NCBI RefSeq assembly: GCF_009914755.1
Contig: NC_060930.1
DNA: 64,000 nt
From: the human T2T-CHM13v2.0 reference genome, Homo sapiens
Reading direction: 5' to 3' (one strand)
Position numbers and translations under genes: made by a program. The notes under the pieces are model-generated. The model ran no database searches, had not been told where the DNA came from, and saw nothing but the letters and a program-made list of their open reading frames with translations. This document shows, in pieces, positions 32,734-48,754 of this stretch. How positions within the stretch are numbered: position 1 is the stretch's first letter; the number at the start of each line of letters is the position of its first letter.

Positions 32734-34520
32734 AGAAATCCCTAACATTTATATTCAAGCCAAAACTTGGTATGATGATCTTCAAGAGCAACCTTAAAGA
32801 GAACCACTTAAAGTATGTTGACAGTAGGAAGGGGAAGGCCCATTTCCTTAGAGTCTTTACAATATTATGTCTGTAGCCCCTACATCCCCCAATTTTAAAG
32901 ATGAGGAAACAGTTTTAAAGAGAGGAGAAGACACTTGATCAAGGTCATACTGCAAGTCCCTGGGATTGACAGGATCCAAGGTCAGCCTGAGACTCCCTCC
33001 CTTACTTAGCCTACCTAGCTTCCTGGAGAAAAGGGTTGGAACCACTCAGGAAAGGAACAGTCTCCTGCTACCAAGGTCCTCTTCCCTGGATTCCAATGAG
33101 GAAAGAAAAAGGCACTTTTTCTCTGGGTTTCTAGTTTTCCTCCAAAGCTGGGAGAAAAATCAAAATGGCGGACACAGCCTGCTTCCAGCCAATAGGACAA
33201 AATTATGAGGTGGGAGGCCCTTCTGACTGATGCTGCCTTGGCTAAAAGAAAGAGCAAAAATAAATCTCCCTCAACCCCAGTCCCTAAAGAGCATAAGGGA
33301 AGCAACCTGTCCACTTCATTCCTTAAAACACGTGATTACAAAGCTGTCTTGATCCTTGACTTCCTCTCTGTGTCCCCATCTTCCTCCTCTCCACTTCTGA
33401 ATCTCAGCTCCAGAGAAGATATGGGACACCAGGCAACAGAGCCAGAGAAGCCAACAGAGGTGGAACCCATGAGAGGGAAAGAATAGCAATTAGAACTTAC
33501 ATTGAGCATTGACTATGGACATGTTTGTATACAAGCACTTTGCTGTTGATCTTCACTGTTTTAGAGGACTAGGCACTCCGTTACCCATTGAATTCCACAG
33601 CAGCCTACCTTGAGGAGTTCTGACAGGGTCAAGGGGCAGACCTGGCCTGGCTAAAGCGGAGGTGCTGGTGAGGCGGCACCAGCAGGCATCTTACAGAGAC
33701 TATACCCCACAGATGAACTCCTAAGGCTCTGCTGGAAAACCCACAACTGCCATCACATTCTTCAATGCCCCTAAACAGCCTGCTCAAGAACTGGAATGCC
33801 CAAACTAATAGCTCTACCAGCTGCCAGATGATCAATTTACCCCCAAAACGTACAAACAAAATTCACTCTTCCCAGACGGTCTACAGTTTCCCCCTTCCTT
33901 CTCTTCTCTCTCTCTCTCTCTTATAAACTGGGTTTTACCTGTGTGAATTGACAGCAATCTACTGACTGTCTTCCTCCTAAGAGAAATATGTACAGATAAC
34001 TAAGCCTCAGTCAAGGTTTGACAGCAGCCTGGGCTGGCCTAGGCCTCTCTGGGAAAATAACCCCAGGCCTGCCCTCCCACAATGCAGTTAAGATACATGT
34101 GGACTGTGGTGTCTGCCCTGTGTCGTGTGAAACCCCTGATCTGTGGGCCTGGGGAACTGTGAGTTGGCATGCAGGCCTGGGATCTATGTGTCTAAGATGG
34201 TATATTGGAAATTGAGACAGCAACTTCTCTGCATCAAGGAGACTCTTAGACGGTTCTCAGGTTTTATCAACAGCAGCCAAAATGGCCCACATGGGTGAGG
34301 GGCAAAAAAAAGTTATGTATGTGGGTGGCTTACAGGCATCCCCACAAGACGAAGATAAAGATCCTACGTGTGCTCTGTTTCCTGTCCTGTTCCAAATGCC
34401 TCGCTAATGCTAAGAAACACAGTGCTAAATTAAAGCCTACTGTATCCTCTGAGTCAGATGGCCAATTCAAACCTGTGATTATTCCCAGTGTCACTGGGTT
34501 ACTAAACGTCTCCCCCATTT

Positions 34521-34752
<232 letters not shown>

Positions 34753-35539
34753 TAAAGAAACTAAGACACGCAGAGATCAGATGACTTGCCCAAGACCACA
34801 CAGAACCAGACGGGAGCACCCACTTACACTGCCTCCAAGCGAGGATAAATGGTGTGGTACAATGGGAAGGACATGGGTCACTCTGTCAAGAGCCCTGCCT
34901 TCCAAAGGCAGCTCTGGGACCCACAGCTTCATGTGGGAAGAAAATTGAACAATTAGGGAGAGATAGCTTGGTAGCCAGGGAGCTGGGAGGCAGGAAGCAT
35001 GAGTCCCCACCTATAATCCAGGCAACAGAAGATTGAGACTATATTTAAGCCTCCACTGGGGGAGAAGCCCTGGAGGATGGGAGCCTATTGTTTCAAGGGA
35101 GGACTGGCCTGGAACCAAGGGAGAGTTGGTACATTCGAGGCATTTAGACCTCAGGGCTTTCAGGGGGTAGGGCAGGGATCATAAGTGAGGAAGTGGGCCT
35201 GGGAGGGATTTCCAGGTTGAAACAAGAACCCCAGAGGCCAACAGGGTGTGGACTAGAGAATCTTCACTGAGACTCAGAAGTCTGGCTTAGAAACCAGAAG
35301 GAAAAGCCTTTCCATGGTCAGGACCATATGGGGTTTATATCAGCCCAGAGTGACACCCGTTTGGCATAGTGGTTGGGGGCAGGAGCGGCCAGGTGTAATG
35401 CCGCACTGCCCAGATTTCACTGTTCAGACATGCCAAGGAGGATTAAGTAATTAAACTGGGGACCAGCAAGTCATCTGCCTGGTTCAAGCCTGGCTCCGCA
35501 CTGCTCTCACTGTGGCAGAAGATTTTCTGCATTCTGATC

Positions 35540-37110
35540 TCCATGCCTTCAATTTCACTCGCAGTAATCCATCCTCCACACAGCTACCTAGGCCAAGTTC
35601 CTTAAAGGCAAATTGGACCATGTCATTCTCAGCTTAAAAGCTTTCCAGGGCCTCTATCAACTTCCCCACCAAGACTAAGCTCCTCTGCATAGCATGCAGG
35701 GCCGTCTCAGGTCCGGCCCTGACTTCCTGTGCTGCCATTCAACTCCCTTGCCCCTGCCTCACCCTCTGCGTTCCCTCCAGCATGGCACTGCCAGCTGCAC
35801 CATGTTCTTGGGCTGTGAATGTCTCCCTTCCCCATCTCTGTGGTTCTCAACCCTAGAATCAGAATCCTAGGGAAGCTTTAAAACATCAATGGCCTGGCAA
35901 CTGTCTTGTGGGTAGGGCTCAGGCATCAGTGTTTGTTATAGCCCCCCAGGTGATTCCAACATGCAACCAGGGCTAAGAGTCACCATTCTCTCTCTAACCA
36001 ACCCTCAACTACTTCCTTGAAGATTCAGCCCAGGTGTCTCAGCCAATCATCAAATATTTATTGAGCTGGGCACTATTCTAAGCAGTGGATATAAAAATAA
36101 TAATGATAGCTAATATTTATTGAGCACTTGCCATGTGCCAGACACTGTTCTAAGTGCTTTACATATATTAACTCATTTAGCCCAAACCACACCTCTGTGG
36201 GGGCAGGTATTATTATTTCTTCCATTTTACACATGAAGAAACTGGGACACAGAGAGATAAAGCAACTTCCCCAGAGTCACACAGCACTGAGTTGTGCAGC
36301 CAGATTTCTGCACAGGCAGTCTAAGCACCAGTCTGCACTTTTAACCCTGGGCCGCCCTGTCCCTTCCCCATTCCTGCCCCACATTGTTCACAGGCTGCAA
36401 GAGAGAAGCAATAAACCAACAAGCAGATACAGAGTGTGGAAAGGAACACATGGGGCCGGGGGAAGCTGCTCTTAGTGAGAGCAGCAAGGGGCCAAACTTT
36501 AGAGTGGGAGTGGTCAGGCCATCCCTAAAAGCAATATTTAAGCTGACATCTGAAGGACGAGTAGTGTCCAGCCATGCAGACTGTAGAGAAATGGTGTTCT
36601 AGGCAGAATGCAAAGGCCCAGAGGTGGAAAAGAACATGATCTTTTCTAGTAAATGTTCATGGTTCCCTCAGGGTGCTAGACATGGGGAGAAGGCACAAAG
36701 GAGGTAAAGAAATGGACAGGGCCAGTGCCTGGCAGGCCAGCTAAAGGGTTAGGATTTTACTCTAAATGCACTGAAACATCTTCAGCAAGGTGTGCGCATT
36801 GTCTATGGGAGAATGGCCTAGAGGAACTTAATGGGGCCATTCAAGAGGGTGCTGCAGCCATTTAGCAAGAGGCCCCGGAAGCAGAGCTGGAGAGGAATCA
36901 CCTCTTGCTGGAAGCACTGCAGGCTCCTGCCTCCAGTCACAGGACCATCATGGTGCATTATAATTGTTTGTTTACCTCTCTGCCTCCCCACCAGACTGGG
37001 AGACCCTTGAAGGCAGAAACTAAGTCTAATTAGCTAGCCTCTGTCACCTAGCAGCTGACCAATACTAGGTGCTCAGTAAACATCTGTTAACTGCAAGTGA
37101 GTTGAATGGA
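35540..37110. mobile_element. L2 fragments interleaved with MIR (~36100-36345) and MER5A
   Basis: ATCCATCCTCCACACAGCT; CAAAGGCCCAGAGGTGG; CCAGACTGGGAGACCCTTGAAGGCAG...GTGCTCAGTAAACATCTGTT. Confidence 0.55.
35839..35987. mobile_element. MER5A fragment
   Basis: TGTGGTTCTCAACC...CCCCAGGTGATTCCAACATGCAACCAGGGCTAAGA. Confidence 0.65.
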
Positions 37111-39460
37111 ATCATGCAAGGCTGGTTAGGTTGGCAACACATTGAAGAATTTCTTCTTTCTCCTTCATTGATCTGGGGACTTCACAGACCTTGGCCAGAA
37201 TAAGAGGATGCTGCACCACTCCAGCCCTCAGTAGAGCCCCTCCTCTGACACCCACCATGGGAAAGCAGTGTTGGACTGCAGACAACTTGCAGCAGCCAAG
37301 GTCCATCATTTCCCTAACCCCCAGCAAACCCCATAAGGCAGGGCAATGGGGAGGGAGGGAGCTGAAACCCAGAGTCCTCCCAAAGTAGCGGAACCTCGAG
37401 ATTCCAGGTGGCGCTGGGTGTTTTAAATAGCCCAGGTTTTAGCAGGCAATTTGGGCACCCAATGTGGGTCTGCACTTCTGACAGTGAGGGCAGGGCCAGG
37501 TCCGATGTTGGAGCCTCTGTGGCCCTCCTTTCTGCTGCCGTCACCACCAGCAGGTGGATCCCCAAATCATGTGATGCCCCACCTCCATCCAAATCAGAGA
37601 CAGGAAAGGGGGAAGAGCCTTTGAGGGCCCCACAACAAGTTGGTGGCGGAGCTGGTGTGGCCATGCAAGTGTCCAGACTCCCAGCCTGGTGCTGTCTCCA
37701 TGGCACTTCTCAATCGACCTGCCCAGCCCCTCGCCTGCCCTCACTGCTCCTTGAGTTATGTCTCTCTGGAGGTTCTGAAGCTGCCCAGAGCACAGGGTCT
37801 CCGAAACAGGGGGGGCTCCGAAACAGGTTTCCTGGGAAGAAGCAAAGAACCAGGCCCTTCAGGACAGCAGCTACCCCTCCTCCCGTTCTGCTCCCACGCT
37901 TTGCTAACAGCGTGATGGTTGAGGGTGTAGGGCCAAATCCCTGCATGCCACTTATCACATGTGTGGGCCTGAGCAAGTTACTTAAACCCTCTATATCACA
38001 GTTTCCTCACTAGGACGTAGAGATGATAGTTAAAATAACAGTACCTGTGCCTTAGGTTGTCATGGGCAATAAATTAGATAATAAGTACAAAGGGCTTAAA
38101 ACAGTGCCCAGCATGTAGTAAGTGCTTACTTAGTATGAACATCAGAGAGAACTTTCTAGATCAGCATCAAGGGACCCGGGCCATTATCCAGTTCATTAGC
38201 CCCCTGTGTGCCTCAGTTTTCCTATCTGTTAAATGGGGGAGTGATGTAGCCATATGAGTGGCTTAAAGACAACCATGAAATGCTAATTACTATGGGAAGT
38301 GTTTGGAAGTTAAAGAGAAAAAGTACCTTACAAGTGGGAGGCTTGATGGGCATATGACCCCGCAGCAGAGGAAGGGGCCAATAAAGCACCACCAGCCCAG
38401 CAGGCTGCCTGGGTTTTATGGGGCTTGGGGCCCAGGCCACTTTCCTGAACATCATTTAGAATTTATAGACTCTTGTCCCTGTCCTTTCTGTTTATTTAGT
38501 TGCCTTAGAAGCCAGCCTGGCATTAATAGCATCTTTGCTGCCCAAGCAGGAGAATGCAGCCTTTTCTATGTTTAATCCCCAGCTAGTGGAAGGAGTGAGA
38601 GCTGGAAGTCCACAGAGAACCCTGGGGCTGCTGGTGGGCTCCTATAGTCAGCAGATGGGCTGTTAGCAGGTGGGCATGTTCATTCTGCAACAAGGTGCCT
38701 CCTCTACCTGCTGGGGGAAGGATCGGATAATGACAACTACATCAAATAGAATATTGGAGCCAAAGGACTGCACGAGCCCATGTCCTGCCAAACCTGCTGC
38801 CTGCATAGCCGCCCCAGTGATGACTGAGACCTCATAAACTTCATATGAATTTGAACAGAACTGAAAAGGACTGGAGGCATCCTGCCCATTTATCAAACAC
38901 GAAAACAAGAGTGAGAAGCATCAGCTGAGAACTCCTGATGAAATCTAATCCTGCCTTCATCACTTACAAGCTGTGTGACCTTAGCTTAGGAATTTGGCCT
39001 CTCTGAGCCTCAGTTTTCTGTCCTATAGAACAGGTTTAAAAGTACCTGCCCTGACTATTCCAGAGGCCATTGGGATGAAAAATGAGACCAGGTACAGTTG
39101 GGGGGAATTTGGAAAGGATAGGAGGCAAGCTGCAGCAGAGTGGTCAGGAGTGTGGGGCACTGGGGCCAGATGGCCTGGGTGCCAGTCGCAACCCGGCCAC
39201 TTCTTAGCTAGGTGACCCAGGGTGCATTACTCGACCTCTGTGTTTCAGTTCCCTCTTTGCTGTAATTTGCCTAAGTGACAGCGTTTTGTGAGAATGAAAT
39301 GGGACAGCATCTCTGAGCCTGCCGGAGCTCCATAAATGTGGGCAGCTAAGAGAGGCTCCATCCCCAAGAGTGTCTAGAATGGCTTAGGGCATGGCAGTGG
39401 ATATCAGAAACAACTGGATTCAAATCCTGGCTCATCCATGCATTTGCTCTGTGACCTGGG

Positions 39461-40055
<595 letters not shown>

Positions 40056-41589
40056 CTATTTACCATTTTATACTCATGACAACCCTAGGGATTAAGTATT
40101 GGTGCTAGCTCCATTTTACAGAAGGGGAAAGTGAGGCTCAAAGAGCTAAGTGACTTGCACGAGGGTACACAGCTCCTAAGTGGAACTGCTGAGATTTGAA
40201 CCCAGCTGTCTGACTCCCAGGCCTGACTCACTGTGCTAGAATTCCTCTCACATATCAACTGCTCATCAAGTAGTAGCTATTAATAAGAAAAGCAACAGAA
40301 ACATCAGCCTCGGAGTTATGCTCCCAGTTTGTGTCCATCACGGGGTGGGGGGTGGCGGGGAGTGCTGGATGATTCTGAGCCCACAGGAAAAAGTATAAGC
40401 TTCACTTTACCTTTATACTTCACACTTTCCATAAATGTGTGGCCTGTTCCATAAATCTCAGGCTATGTAAATTTGGTGCATAATTGGGAGGCACTGCAGG
40501 TACCTGCGGCTCCAGAATAAAATCCAGGCAGCTCCGGAGAGAGAGCAGGGCCCCATTAGCAAGGACAGAGTGAGAAGTGGGCAGAGAGCAAGCTTCACTT
40601 CACAGCAGGGCCACGGAAGTGAAGATGTGCAGGGCTGCACTCTGCCAAGGATGGCTCCTTGGAGTCATGGGACTCACAACATCCTCAGGCTCAGGACCCT
40701 TTTCCCCCACCTACCCCAATAAGGGGCATGCAGACAGCACAGGGGATCCCTGCTTCTCCCAAAACACACTTCGCCATGAGTGTGACCTGGGAGACAGGGA
40801 GATAAGTGTCTGGGCCATGGCAAGTAGCATATTGTGGCCTGACTCCAGCCATGGCAATGGGTCCTTAGGATGATGGAGGAAGTGAGGATGTGAGGATCTG
40901 GAGAGGAAGGACTCCTCAGGATGGTCTACACAAGACCCAGTCACCCCTCCCAACTCCTGCTCAGGAACCAGGCATCTCAGACCGCAGTGGGCAGCACTCA
41001 GCAGGGCCTCCTCACTGCTGTGCACTAGTGAGGGCGGGCTGGAACTGGCAGAGTGCGCAGAACCCCCAGCTCTTCCCCTGCTGCCCACTGGCTCACTGTG
41101 CTCCTGGGAGCTAAGCCCAGCTCCGAGGTGCTCCTGGGCTGCAAGCAGCTTTGCCTCTTAAACAAAGGGCAAGGGAACACACAAAGGCAGTCCTGAGAGA
41201 GACCCCATGGAGGTCAGGATGTCACCCTCCTTCCATGGACACAGGAAAGAAGGAGGGCAGATGGCAACCACACCACCCAGCCAGGGCTCCCACCAGCCTT
41301 ACTCTGCGCCTGCCCTTCTGCCCTTGCTTGGGGGCCAAAATGGTGGATATTGGGGCCCTAACCATCTGTGGATATTGGGGTAAAGGAACTTGGCCCCTTG
41401 CCCTGGGGACATTTCCTGCTGTTGCAAGGTCCCCAGGCCTTTCCCCTGGGTGCAGTGAAAACATAAAGAAACAGAAGTCATGTGAGGACAAGAATGCCTC
41501 TTGTAGTACCATGAAGCCATCCCACCCCATCCCCACTCTCCCACCCCCAATCCAACTCAGGGATCACAGCACGTGACAGCATGCATCCT

Positions 41590-42040
41590 GGTTGAGAGAG
41601 GGGGCTCAGGAGCTGGCTGCTGGGGTTTGAATCCAGCTAATCCAAAGTTGAATTTTACTGTAATAGCTGTGTGACTTTGGGCAAGCTACTAACCCACTCT
41701 GAATCTTCATTCCTTCACCTGTAAAATGAAGTAATAATACCTACTGCACAGAATGAATGTGGGCATAAAATAAGTACATAAAGCTTATTTTAGAATAGCA
41801 CAGGGCTCACAGCAAGCATTCAATACCCAGTGGCCATTATTATTATGTTATAATATAATATAATGCAAGCATGACCTGGTCATTCCATTAGCCTTCCTGA
41901 GCTACAGTTTCCTCGCGTTTAAATGGAGACAAGTCTGCTTGCCCTACTTCCTCACTGTCATGGGGTCCAAAGAAGACAGGTATGGCTGCAGGTAGAGCTT
42001 TAAAATGTATAAAGTGCTGTATGCATGGAAGGGATTAATA
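41590..42040 (+). mobile_element. MIR fragments
   Basis: AGCTGTGTGACTTTGGGCAAG...CTGTAAAATGAAGTAATAATACCTAC. Confidence 0.65.
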
Positions 42041-42768
42041 TAATGCATCCTCCAATAAATACAAAGCAGCATAAGCCTAATTCCATAGGGTAACATGATA
42101 CAATGTAAGATAATACTCTGCATTAAAAACTGAATTGGAGAGAGACAAGACAGATGGAGAGAGAGACAGAGAGGCAGAGAAAGGCCGAGCAGAACAGGGA
42201 CAGAGAGTGAGGGCTGAACTGAAAGAGCAGCGAATCAACGTTGTACTGTAATTTAAAAACCAATATACAGTAAATATCAGCCTGGCATTGCAGCGCAGCA
42301 GCATGGCAGGGCAGCCCAGCATGAGATAACTCATGCCTCAAGCTGGGCCAGCCACCACTGGGTCCCACCGGCCTTCCCTGTAACTCATGATCCATTGCTC
42401 TCTCTCCGGAGCTGCCTGGATTTTATCCTGGAGCCGCAGGTACCTGCAGTGCCTCCCAATTATGCACCAAATTTACATGGCCTGAGATTTACGGAACAGG
42501 CTGATCACAGAGCCCTAGAAGGAGCTCAGGGCCTTGACTTCTCTCTCCACCCCAAGAGAGAGACACTGAGCTGGGGCTTTGGGTCCTGGCCAGCCTGGCT
42601 CTAAGCAGACAGTGGCTGGGAGGCCTGGGCTTCAGTCGGGTCCCACCCCCAGCTCTCCTGTGGTTCTTGCTGCTGTCTCATTCTGGTCTTCTTCACCTTC
42701 CTGACTCCTCTTCCCATAGTCCCACACCAACCCTCCATCATCACCTCATGTCCCACCCTAGATACTGA

Positions 42769-43666
<898 letters not shown>

Positions 43667-44504
43667 AAAAGATCCAGGAGGGTCCCTTTCCCACCACTAG
43701 GAGCAGCCTTGGGACAAAGGTGTTGGGGTGGGTAGGAATATGGCCCAGGAGGATGTCTCTGGCTTTCTCCCCACACACCAGGCCAGTCTGAATCAGAAGG
43801 TTCCCAATCCAGGTTCCCCGTCCCTTCTGTGCCCCCTGAGTGCTCCCAGCACAGCCCCGCCCTCACATAAGCATTCAACAACCCTATAAAGTGGATGCTA
43901 CTCTTATCCCTATCCCCATCCCAAGGCATTCATGACAGTTTCAAAAGGCTTCAATACTCATGTCCTGTGGCCTAACTCCCATCCTCTGGGGTGCTGTGTA
44001 GAGGGCAGCCTGCTTCTCCCCATGCCATTTCATGTGGACCCCGTCTAGTTATGCAAGCCTGGAATGAGATCTTCCTTCCCCACCGTGGTTTATTTTCCCA
44101 GCAGTATGATCCCAACATGCATAAGGGCCAGGTGGGAAGGCCAGTCCTGAACTTATCAGCTATCATCATCCAAAACCCTCTCCTCCAAGATTCTTGTGAC
44201 CCCTCGCCTGAATGCAGTGTGGCTGTAAGGTACAATGAAAACCCCATCAGACCAGAAACCACTTCATAACATCTGTGCCTCAGTTCCCCTTTATGCAAAG
44301 TGGTTGTAATCATAATGTCTATGCTGACTGCCTGGTAGGATTGTTGCAAGGGACAAATGAGATCATGTGGAGATTCCCCAAATTAATGTCTAACTTAAGA
44401 GATGGTTGTTAGAAAGGAGTATCAGTTAAGAGGGTCCTCAGTGGTATTTTCCTAAGTATGGTCCTCTCCATGCTTAGAAAAATACCACTATTTCTACTAC
44501 TACC

Positions 44505-44690
44505 ACTAATAGCTCACACGTATATATTGTTCAATATGTGCCAGGCACTGTTCCAAGTACCTTATGTATAGTAGTTCATTTAATTTTCCTAACAACCCTG
44601 TGAGGTGGGTACTATTATTATCCTCATTTTGCAGATGAGAAAACTGAGGCACAGAAAGAATAACCCACTCAAGTTCACACAACCAGGAAA
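44505..44690 (-). mobile_element. MIR
   Basis: ACAACCCTGTGAGGTGGGTACTATTATTATCCTCATTTTGCAGATGAGAAAACTGAGGCACAGA. Confidence 0.8.
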
Positions 44691-45315
44691 ACAGAACACA
44701 ATGCAAATCCTACAAATGCAGGCACAGGTACACACATTTCTCCCTGTGAGAAAGATGCTCCATCCACGAATTTTGGTGCCTAAATGTTCCCTAATAATGT
44801 GCCTTGTGTATCTGCTTTGTCCTCCTCCTTAGACATAAACTTCCCAAGGACAAGGACTGGTCTTTGCTCATCAGATGAAGACTTCCCAAGCATCAGGGAT
44901 CTGCTTTGCCCATTTGCAACCACTCTGCGATTGCAAGCACAATCCCTGCCAGCATCCTCATTCACAGATTCTTGCCCCTCAATAGCCTGGGGAACCACCC
45001 TCTCCTCCAGGGCAATAGCCCTTATTGTCATGTGCTTAGAAGGTGTGACTCTGGACAGAGAGTCCAGGATTTAATGTCTATTCCAGGGGCTCTAGCCTCA
45101 GCTCCCCTTCTTCCCAGCTCAGCCCCTGTGACATAAGTCCTCAGGCAAGGAGGAAGATTAATGGTTCCTTTCAGGCCAGCTGTCTCTAAATTGGGACGAT
45201 GACCCCAAATCTCTTCATCCTATCAGTTTCTATTTGGGTAAGATGGTAAGATGTCAGCTTAGTGGTAGAGCAGGGTGGGAAAGCAGCTTGAGAGCCTGTT
45301 TCTTAAGCGGACTTC

Positions 45316-45466
45316 ATTACCATCACCATATAATCACCATCATCATTATCATCATCATCACCACCACTATCAGCTTTACATCAAGCAGTTAATCATGTGT
45401 GACCTTGACTGACTCCTAAGCAACACACACGAACACACACAAACACACACACACACACACACACAC
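45316..45466 (+). repeat. (CAT/CAC)n tract (45316-45370) and (CA)n tract (45424-45466)
   Basis: Seen directly. Confidence 0.9.
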
Positions 45467-46587
45467 GAGAATGCAGGTGAAGGGCTGCACTAGAAATCAG
45501 CCAGAACTTGGAACCGCCACCCCCAACATAATCAAGTCCTGGGGTCCACAAACAGGGCTGGAAAAAGTGCAAGAGAAGAAGTCAAATGATCAGTGAGACT
45601 GAGGGCTGCGTGCACACAGGGATTGGAGAGGTAATTCACCTTTGCAGTGTCAGGCTCCCTGGGTGGCACGTAGTAGGCATTCAATTAATGCTTGCTGAAT
45701 TAAACTAAACAGAGGAAGACTGCTAGCCATCAAGTCGTGAAAGGGATGGGTGAAGATGGATGGGATTGCTTACCACATCTTAAAGGAACAGGGCCTTAAA
45801 GTTTGAAGGAAGTGAAGGTAGCACTTCAGAGCAAGCTAAAGGAATGGCAGGCAGAAAAGCACAGAAGCTATAGCCTCAAGAGGTGAGGTGGGCTGAGACT
45901 ACAAAAAAGGATACATTGATGATGAGCGTAGCTTGATCCCATCATGAGAAATGGCAATGAGAAGGCTTATTTACCTCGACCCTAAGGACAGAGGCAGTCC
46001 ACCCTTCTCCCACACCCTATTTTGGTGAAAACAAGTCAGAACTGAAACTGGAATGCCCATGGGCTGCCCCAGGGTGGCATTTCTCACTTGCTGGAGTTTA
46101 GTGTGAATAAAAGCTTCTAGCAGACTGAGAGCCAGGAAGGAAGACACGATCACCAAGAAGCGGCTGGAGTATGCACATGTCCTGGCTGAGAAGGATAGAG
46201 GATCTGGTCACCCTTTGTCTGTGTGTGAATCTCCCTGGTCCTTAGTTTCCCATCTTTAACCAGGGACAAAATATACCCTTCCTGTCTTCCAGGGTTGTTC
46301 TACAGAGCAGAAATTGCTACGGCAGCTCCGAAGTGATAGGTGAATCTCTGGACCGGATCCAGAAGTCTTGGCACTCATCCTGACCCTGCTACCTGCAAAT
46401 CCAAGCCAGTTTCCTCATCCATATACAAAAGAAGACATGGTTTTGTCCTCCTGAATGAGGTCAGAGGGCTATAGGAATGACAGAAGGCCATGTATTGACA
46501 TGCTCTCTAAAGTAGACAGTGAGCTGGAAGGGTTGAATGGCACCCGCCCATGTCTTTGAGGGAGAAGCCAGTGCAGTGGAAAAAGGG

Positions 46588-46873
46588 AGTGTGTGCATGT
46601 ATGTGTGAATATGTGGGAGTGTTGCATTTGTAAGAGAAGGTATATGAACTCATGAACGTGTGTACATGAATGTGTGCATGTATGAATGTACAAGTGTGAG
46701 TATTTGGGAGTGTGTATATGTATGTGAACGTATGTGTTAGTGTGAGCATAAATGTATGTGTGTATAAGTATATGTGTGGGCATGCAAGTGTGGATGTGTG
46801 TGAGGTATGTGGACATGTGTACACTGGTGGGGGTGTGTGTGTATGAATGTGTGTGTATGTGCACATGTATGTG
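46588..46873 (+). repeat. Degenerate TG-rich low-complexity tract
   Basis: About 285 bp of TGTG/TATG/CATG units. Confidence 0.9.
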
Positions 46874-48754
46874 GTGGAGTGGGGAGGAAAGAGACACCCT
46901 CATTCAGACGGCAGCCCTGGGATCCTGGTCATTCCAAACGAAACCCAGTTACAGTGTTTGGTCATAGACTAGTCAGGAGCACGAAGCAAAGAAAAGCCTC
47001 AGGTCAGTGCTGTCTGGCAGAAGAGGATGGAAAGGAGGATGGAGGACCCCAGCCAAGTAACTTCCAGGGCCTAGATGGCTCCGCAGAGATGTCTGCTCTG
47101 AGGCTGGATCATGGACTCGTAAATCAAAGGATCAACCTCCTGAACTGAAAAGGCCTTAGGAGAGCACACAGGCTCTAAACCACAGGCGAGGACAGGAAGA
47201 CAGAGGGGACGGCCAAAGTCACACAGCAAGTTACGGGCAGAGCTAAAAGGAGAGCTCATTCTAGGTTCCGCTGCACCCCAGCAAGCATTCTCTGACCAGC
47301 CATCAGTGCCTTGTGCTATAGGAGGACCTCTAACCTCTCACCTCCATGACCCCAGATCCCCATCCATCCTCCCTCCCTTCTTCCCCAGGGGGGCATTTCT
47401 AGGTATTATAGTGACTTCATTACAGGAAAGGTTGAATCAAGTAATCAATTCTACCCATCCAGAAATCTTCAATACCTTTTTAGAATGACAAGGCCTTATC
47501 TTACAGTCATTGTTAGGCATTTTTAGGAGGTTCCAGGAGCTCAGAAAGTCAGAAATGCCTTTGCCTTCACTGCCATCATCCATTGCTCTCTCACTAGGTA
47601 CTGAGACCCTGGTATGGCTCATTCCCCAAACTTCTCCAAGTCCTGCAGGCTGAGTGGCCACATTTCATATGTTTTGGGGACCAGAGAGAGTCATGTAATA
47701 TCAAGGCCTACTTTACAATTATTCTGAAGTAGGAACCTCCACAGACCCTCAGTATTAGTTGGGGGACCCCCTGGCTTCTTTGACTAAAGCCGCCTTAACA
47801 GGAGAATGAAAAAGAATGGGGTAGCTGGGAACAGAGTACTACTTTTGGAGAAAAGGAATAGGAAGTGAGTCCCTGGGAAGAAGAAATGAGAGGGCCAAAT
47901 AGACTTTGCATCCCCAGGAAGTTTATTAGAGATCTGGGTTAAGGCAAGAGGGAGCCTGCTCCTCTGTGTTGTCCTACACCAAAATGGGGTAGAGGAAGGG
48001 ATGTGTTGAGGGGAGAGGACCCAGGCAGGAAACATGGAAGGAAGAGGGGTTCAGAGATGCTCAGCTTTCTGCTTCTTTAGGTTGTTTCTGGGCACGTGAA
48101 CTGTAGCTTAGCTCCTGCTGGTGGGTGAATTAATATAGGACATGCCAATAATAAATGCAGTGAAATCTAAAGAGCCCAACTTATTTTGCAATCTCGTATG
48201 TTTTTGGGGCTGCCCTGTTAATATTGGAAGGTTGCCAGGGAGGCCCCGGCTCTCCTGCAGACAATCCCAAGCAGGTTGATAAATTACAAGAACACAGTTT
48301 TGTTCTTTAATCCAGCTTGGCACAGTTTAACACCTATATCTTGTCTCTATAGTTCCAGTCTGTTCCTCAGGTTGGTCTGGTCTCCATTAGGCTTGGCCCT
48401 TGGAGACATTCAAAAAAGCAGGCCCAGACCTGTTCAAATCAAAGATGCCCTGATTTTCCGTTGCATGGAAGCCTTGGGTCTTCTCTTCAGGGCCCCCATA
48501 CCTTCTATACAACCCTCAGTTACAACGTAAGGAAATCACTCAGAAAAAAAAAAAAAAGACTGATAAATCATGACATGGGTAGACTGTGTCCTTACTAAAA
48601 CTTGCTTGGTGATTTGGACTCAATAGTTGAACAAGCTGAGCGGCCCAGAACATAGCTATTTTTGACCCTCTGTTCAAAGTTTAGCCTTGTGTTCTTGGGC
48701 AGTCAACCCAACACTGTCCCGACCTCCCATCTTGATAAAATGGAGATCCCTACT

